From assembly GCA_035084275.1 (NCBI GenBank), contig CM068742.1:66526001-66590000 (forward strand): a DNA stretch of 64,000 nt. Reading direction: 5' to 3'. Below the pieces are notes generated by a model that saw only the letters and a list, made by a program, of their open reading frames with translations, had not been told where the DNA came from and ran no database searches. Source of the DNA: Hydrolagus colliei. Its lineage: Eukaryota. Shown piece after piece: positions 59,521 to 64,000 of this stretch. Position 1 is the first letter of the stretch. Each line of letters opens with the position of its first letter. A program made the translations under genes and the position numbers.

Positions 59521-61436
59521 GTACAGTATCGATGAGAGAGGAGACCTCTTCATTTGCGTCTTTTTACCTAAGAAGTTTAGGGCCAAGGCTTATATTTGGG
59601 TAAAACAATGCACAAATAATTTTTGCATTTGATACACGGAATGCCTCATCTGCTAAAAGTTACCTTGTTTCATTCATTACTTCTTCCACCGCGAGGACTT
59701 GATATTGTGGCATCTTCCTTTGCGAGTGTTTACTGATTGGACTCAAATGAGCAAGGCTAGTCTTTCTCTGTGATGTTTTCGTAGCATTGCAGAAATATTC
59801 ACAATGTATATACATTGTATATACAATAATAAATAGGCTTAAAGACATCAACGCTGTGAGGGACCGAGATAAATTGCAAGAACAAAGTATTTTTATTACC
59901 TATTATCTCAGCAAACATCCACTGCAAAATACAGTCAAGTCACTTTACAGTATATCCTGTAAAGTGCTTTGAGACATCTCAACGAAACTAAGGTGCTAAT
60001 ATCATATGCAAGTTATTATTATTATCTGGAGCAGGCACGGGAACATGAAGGTGCTTGGGACTTTGATTTGGGGGAAGATGGTGCCTATGCTTTTACTACA
60101 GTATATAAAAAGTATCATTATTCTACCCATCATCAGCTATTAAGATATAATACTGCACGCATAATATTTCCTAGGGCTACAGTCAGCCACATACTTTAGT
60201 CACTGCTTGCAGTGAATCCTACCAAGACTGATGTAATGGAGAATAACACAGGTGCATTCTGGAATGATGAATATTCAAATCAACAATGACAATGATTATT
60301 TTGATCAGACCTGGAATCATAATTCTCTGGATTTCACTTGTAATAGTGAGCTCTCACTAATTTAATTTATGTAGGAGACCTCATTGATTGTTCTGAGTTA
60401 TTTACATATAGAGAGACAGACACAGATTAAATGTTACAATGAGTGCTTAATATGTCTCTTCATTCAAAAAATAGATTTGCACAATTCACACATCACACAA
60501 AATTAAATAGATGCATTAAATGATCAGTATGAAATTATCACACTGTGTATCTGCCTAGCTCAGTAGTATCACATGCCTCTGAGTCAGAAGTTTGTGGATT
60601 CATGCTCCAAGAGAGTGCTGGAGGTATTAATCATTGCATTTGATATAGTGCCTTTCACGTCTTCTAGACGCCTCAAAGCACTTCATAGAATATACTGTAA
60701 AGTGAATTGGCTGTATATTTGTGGTCGGAACGTGGCAGCCATTTGCACACAGCAGTGTCTCACAAACAGTCGTGGATTGAAGTGACCAATTTATTATTGT
60801 ATTGTTGTTGAGGGATTATTATCAGGCGTGTGAAATAAGGAAACTTTCCCAGGGTTTTGCCATGCCTGGCATCAAACACAGGTTTCTATATATGTTTTGT
60901 CACAGGTGCTCTTCAGAGGAGATGTTAAACTGTGGTCCTTCCTGCCTGTTTTGGTGTGTGTAAAAGATCCCATGACTCTATTCAAAAAGAGTAGGGAGTT
61001 TCTTCTGGCTAACAATTATCCAAATAAATTTGCTCCCAGGTTGTACAAAAAGTGGCTGCGCATTTCACCTAAAAAATACACAGTCAATCTACTTTGCAGT
61101 TTATCATGTGAAGCACTTTGAGACTTCTCTAAACCTTGATAAAGCACTTTATCAAATGCAAGGATTACTATTACTATGTCACCTTGGAGCCAGTTCATGT
61201 CTTAAGAGATCCCGCTTACGTACCTCCGTGCACGGAGAATAGTCATGAATTGGTGATGTGTCAGCCGACAAGCGCAGATTTGAACACTCACTGGATGGTA
61301 GGTACCAGGAACTCCCTGTGAATTTTTCTGAATCACACATACCACTAATACAACTTATATCTATCTTTATATGCTAATAAAATAATAATATCTGTCTGTG
61401 CTTCAAGAAGGATCTCAATAACTGATTGATGTAGAG

Positions 61437-61745
61437 TAGGGTCCGGCGATATATCGATATATCGGTTATATCCGATATAATTTTCATATCGATATGCCGA
61501 TATCGGAATTTTTAAATATATCGATATCGAAAAATATATTTGCAAATATTGATATATTGTTTCCAACGATATATCGGTATATATCGGTAAAATGCAGACT
61601 TTTTCAACTTACCTTGTCGATATCCGAATGCGCGCGCACACCGGAATGTGTGTGCGCATGCTCAGGACAAAAAATATATCAGTATATGTCGGTATGAGTA
61701 AACCGATATATTGATATCGGAAATTTTCCATATTGACGGACCCTA
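61437..61745. mobile_element. hAT MITE (309 bp) related to the 215-2194 element
   Basis: 8-bp TSD ATGTAGAG (61429-61436, 61746-61753); TIRs TAGGGTCCGGCGATA and TATTGACGGACCCTA; many CGATAT motifs and TGCGCGCGCA. Confidence 0.9.
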
Positions 61746-64000
61746 ATGTAGAGGCATAAATTATACCTTATCAGATGTTTTGTAACTGGGAGTGACATGA
61801 GCATATTTGTTTTGAAAAAATAGTTTGTGGGTTATCTTCGGTTTTGCATTTTATTTTGTAGTTACACATGGTGGTCGAGTCAAAGTGATGCTGTGGCATC
61901 TGGTGTCATCACGTACATACGTACTCACGCACGCAGGCAGGCAGGCAGGTACATGAGTATAAATAAAGATGAAATGTCTGTCTATGTGCAATCTACATTC
62001 CATATTGGATCTTTTGGTTGCAAGCAAAGCCGCGAGTATGAAATATATTCTTTGTAAAAGTAGATCAAATTTATGTTTTAATTACCACACAATTTATAGG
62101 TTTAACTTTGCACTATTGTATATATATATTGCCTCATACTTATAACCACTTATTCAAAAAAATTGATTAATTCAAATTAATACAAACTTAATCCTATTTA
62201 ATACAATATCACATAAAGACTGTAGACAAGCATTTTGGCTTGAAGGTTTGATGAGACAAGTTGATAAATTGCTGTTTAAACAATGTGCCTGTGTACATTC
62301 CTTGCTTTGAATATAGCATTGCATAAGACTCTTCTGCATTAAGATGTGCATCAGTGAAAACACCAAATGTAATTTATGACAAAATCAACTACCTGAAGAA
62401 AATTTAACTGACCTAATAAAGAATGAGAAAACACCAAAGGCAACTAGGTTTATACAAAATGTAAAAGAAAAACTTTTCTTTCTAGTCTTGTTGAGCCTTT
62501 CCATTACAATTTTATGTGTGTCACCTAAACCATATAATAGAGTCCTCCTTAGTTAAGCCTTTCTGTCATTTTGAGAGCAATGAGCAGCCAAGTAAAAACA
62601 TCTTAGAGCATTCCACTCACGGGTTTGACTGTGAGGGTCAAAGGTCTGTGACTTTAAATATGTTGTCAGATGCCCATAAACTATTCAGGTTAACATTCTC
62701 AGATTACCAAAGTCTTTTCAGAAACAATTTACATTTTCTATGATAGAATGCAAAAGTAACGTTTATTTGCAAGATTATAAATTATGCTGATAAGTCTGCT
62801 GTTTCCATTTATTTGACATTAGTGTGATATCTTTCATTAGTTGCCAGAATAAAATATGTATTAACTGTATAAAATAGAACGATTGAGGTAGGATCTATGG
62901 AATTCAGACAATCTGTCTGCCGGGTAGGTATTGGAAAGTTGAATCCCTCTTGGAGTTGAGAATTCTAATAACTTACCAGTTCACAGCAGTGCAAGCATTG
63001 ACTTGTTGAGGAATTTGCAGATTTATTCGACAAAATGAACATGAAGGATTTCATGAAAAAAACATGTTTGAATTGGAAATATAGAAGTTAATAACCGAGA
63101 GTTCTAAGAGCAAAATTGTCATTTGAAACAGTAATGCCCAACTTCTGGAGAAAATAAATATTTTATTGGACACAAAATGCAACTATGGAGATCATTTCAC
63201 AGGAAAAATATTTTTAAAAAGAAACAATGTAAAACAGAAAAAAAGGATGTACAATATATGGATCATGGTGACGCTAAAGTTACAATTGTTTTGTATAAAA
63301 ATGTACATAACAGATCATACACAGAAATAAAAATGTTATTCGCAGCAACCATCACATAAACCTACTGGGGAAGTGCACAGTTTAGTCAATTTGATCATGT
63401 ACAGCCTTTACATGTACATGTACAGTAAGAAAGATAGAGGTAGAATAGTGATTTAATGCTGTGGGCAGTTTACTGATGAATGATGTAAAAGAATATTATT
63501 CGGCCATGGGAGTTCAAATCATTTAAGAGCTTATATGAATTGTTTTAAGTTGTACTCTGTGTATGGTGCATGTGTGTGTTTGGGAGTTAAGCTATTTCAA
63601 ATACATGTACAGTGTGCTGTTAACCTCATAAGATAAAATGTACTCTTAGATTTGTTTCTCTGTCTCATAAGTATGTAGGGAATATTTGTGAGACAATTTT
63701 AAGTAGAATTTGAATCATTTTGGAAAACATAATCAGTATGCTAGAATCACAGGAAATTGTTCTATTAAGAAGCATTACTGTATGCTAACATGAAACACTA
63801 GATAGCCTTTTCAGATGTTTCTTGAAAACCATATGTTTATTAAAAGCAAGACATTTTAATTATTTTTAGAAGCATACAGATAGATTGAGTGAATGCACGT
63901 TTAATTATTTTTCTTGTTGAGAAATTATAACAATAGCAATGGAGAATGAGAAAGATACACAAGCAGTTTCAACATCAGCAGTAGTCAATAGAGGATTTTC

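Overview
Vertebrate genomic DNA, most likely a cartilaginous fish (inferred from the CR1/L2 LINEs, a tRNA-derived SINE with a Deu-like core, and the protein divergence; the species cannot be fixed from the sequence alone). The window holds two convergent, intron-containing genes. On +, an SH3TC1-type gene has 16 well-supported phase-consistent coding exons at 7066-28305 plus two candidate upstream exons, giving about 1350 aa with SH3 domains and TPR repeats. On -, a VWA2/AMACO-like matrix gene has 11 coding exons at 56425-41338 (signal peptide-VWA-Cys-rich-EGF-VWA-VWA), one GC-AG intron, and no recognisable exon for the C-terminal second EGF domain. In human, SH3TC1 and VWA2 lie on different members of the chr4/5/10 paralogon. 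Their tail-to-tail adjacency here suggests a retained VWA2 ohnolog or a rearrangement, and this is the strongest lead. The rest is transposon-rich: a hAT deletion derivative with a BED-finger remnant and GA-rich filler, a related hAT MITE, Tigger-like MITEs, two near-identical young CR1 copies, L2 fragments, and many SINE copies, several interrupted by younger elements. A perfect 36-bp hairpin and 190-bp direct repeats surround the VWA2-like start exon. No prokaryotic-style system (CRISPR, operon) is present.
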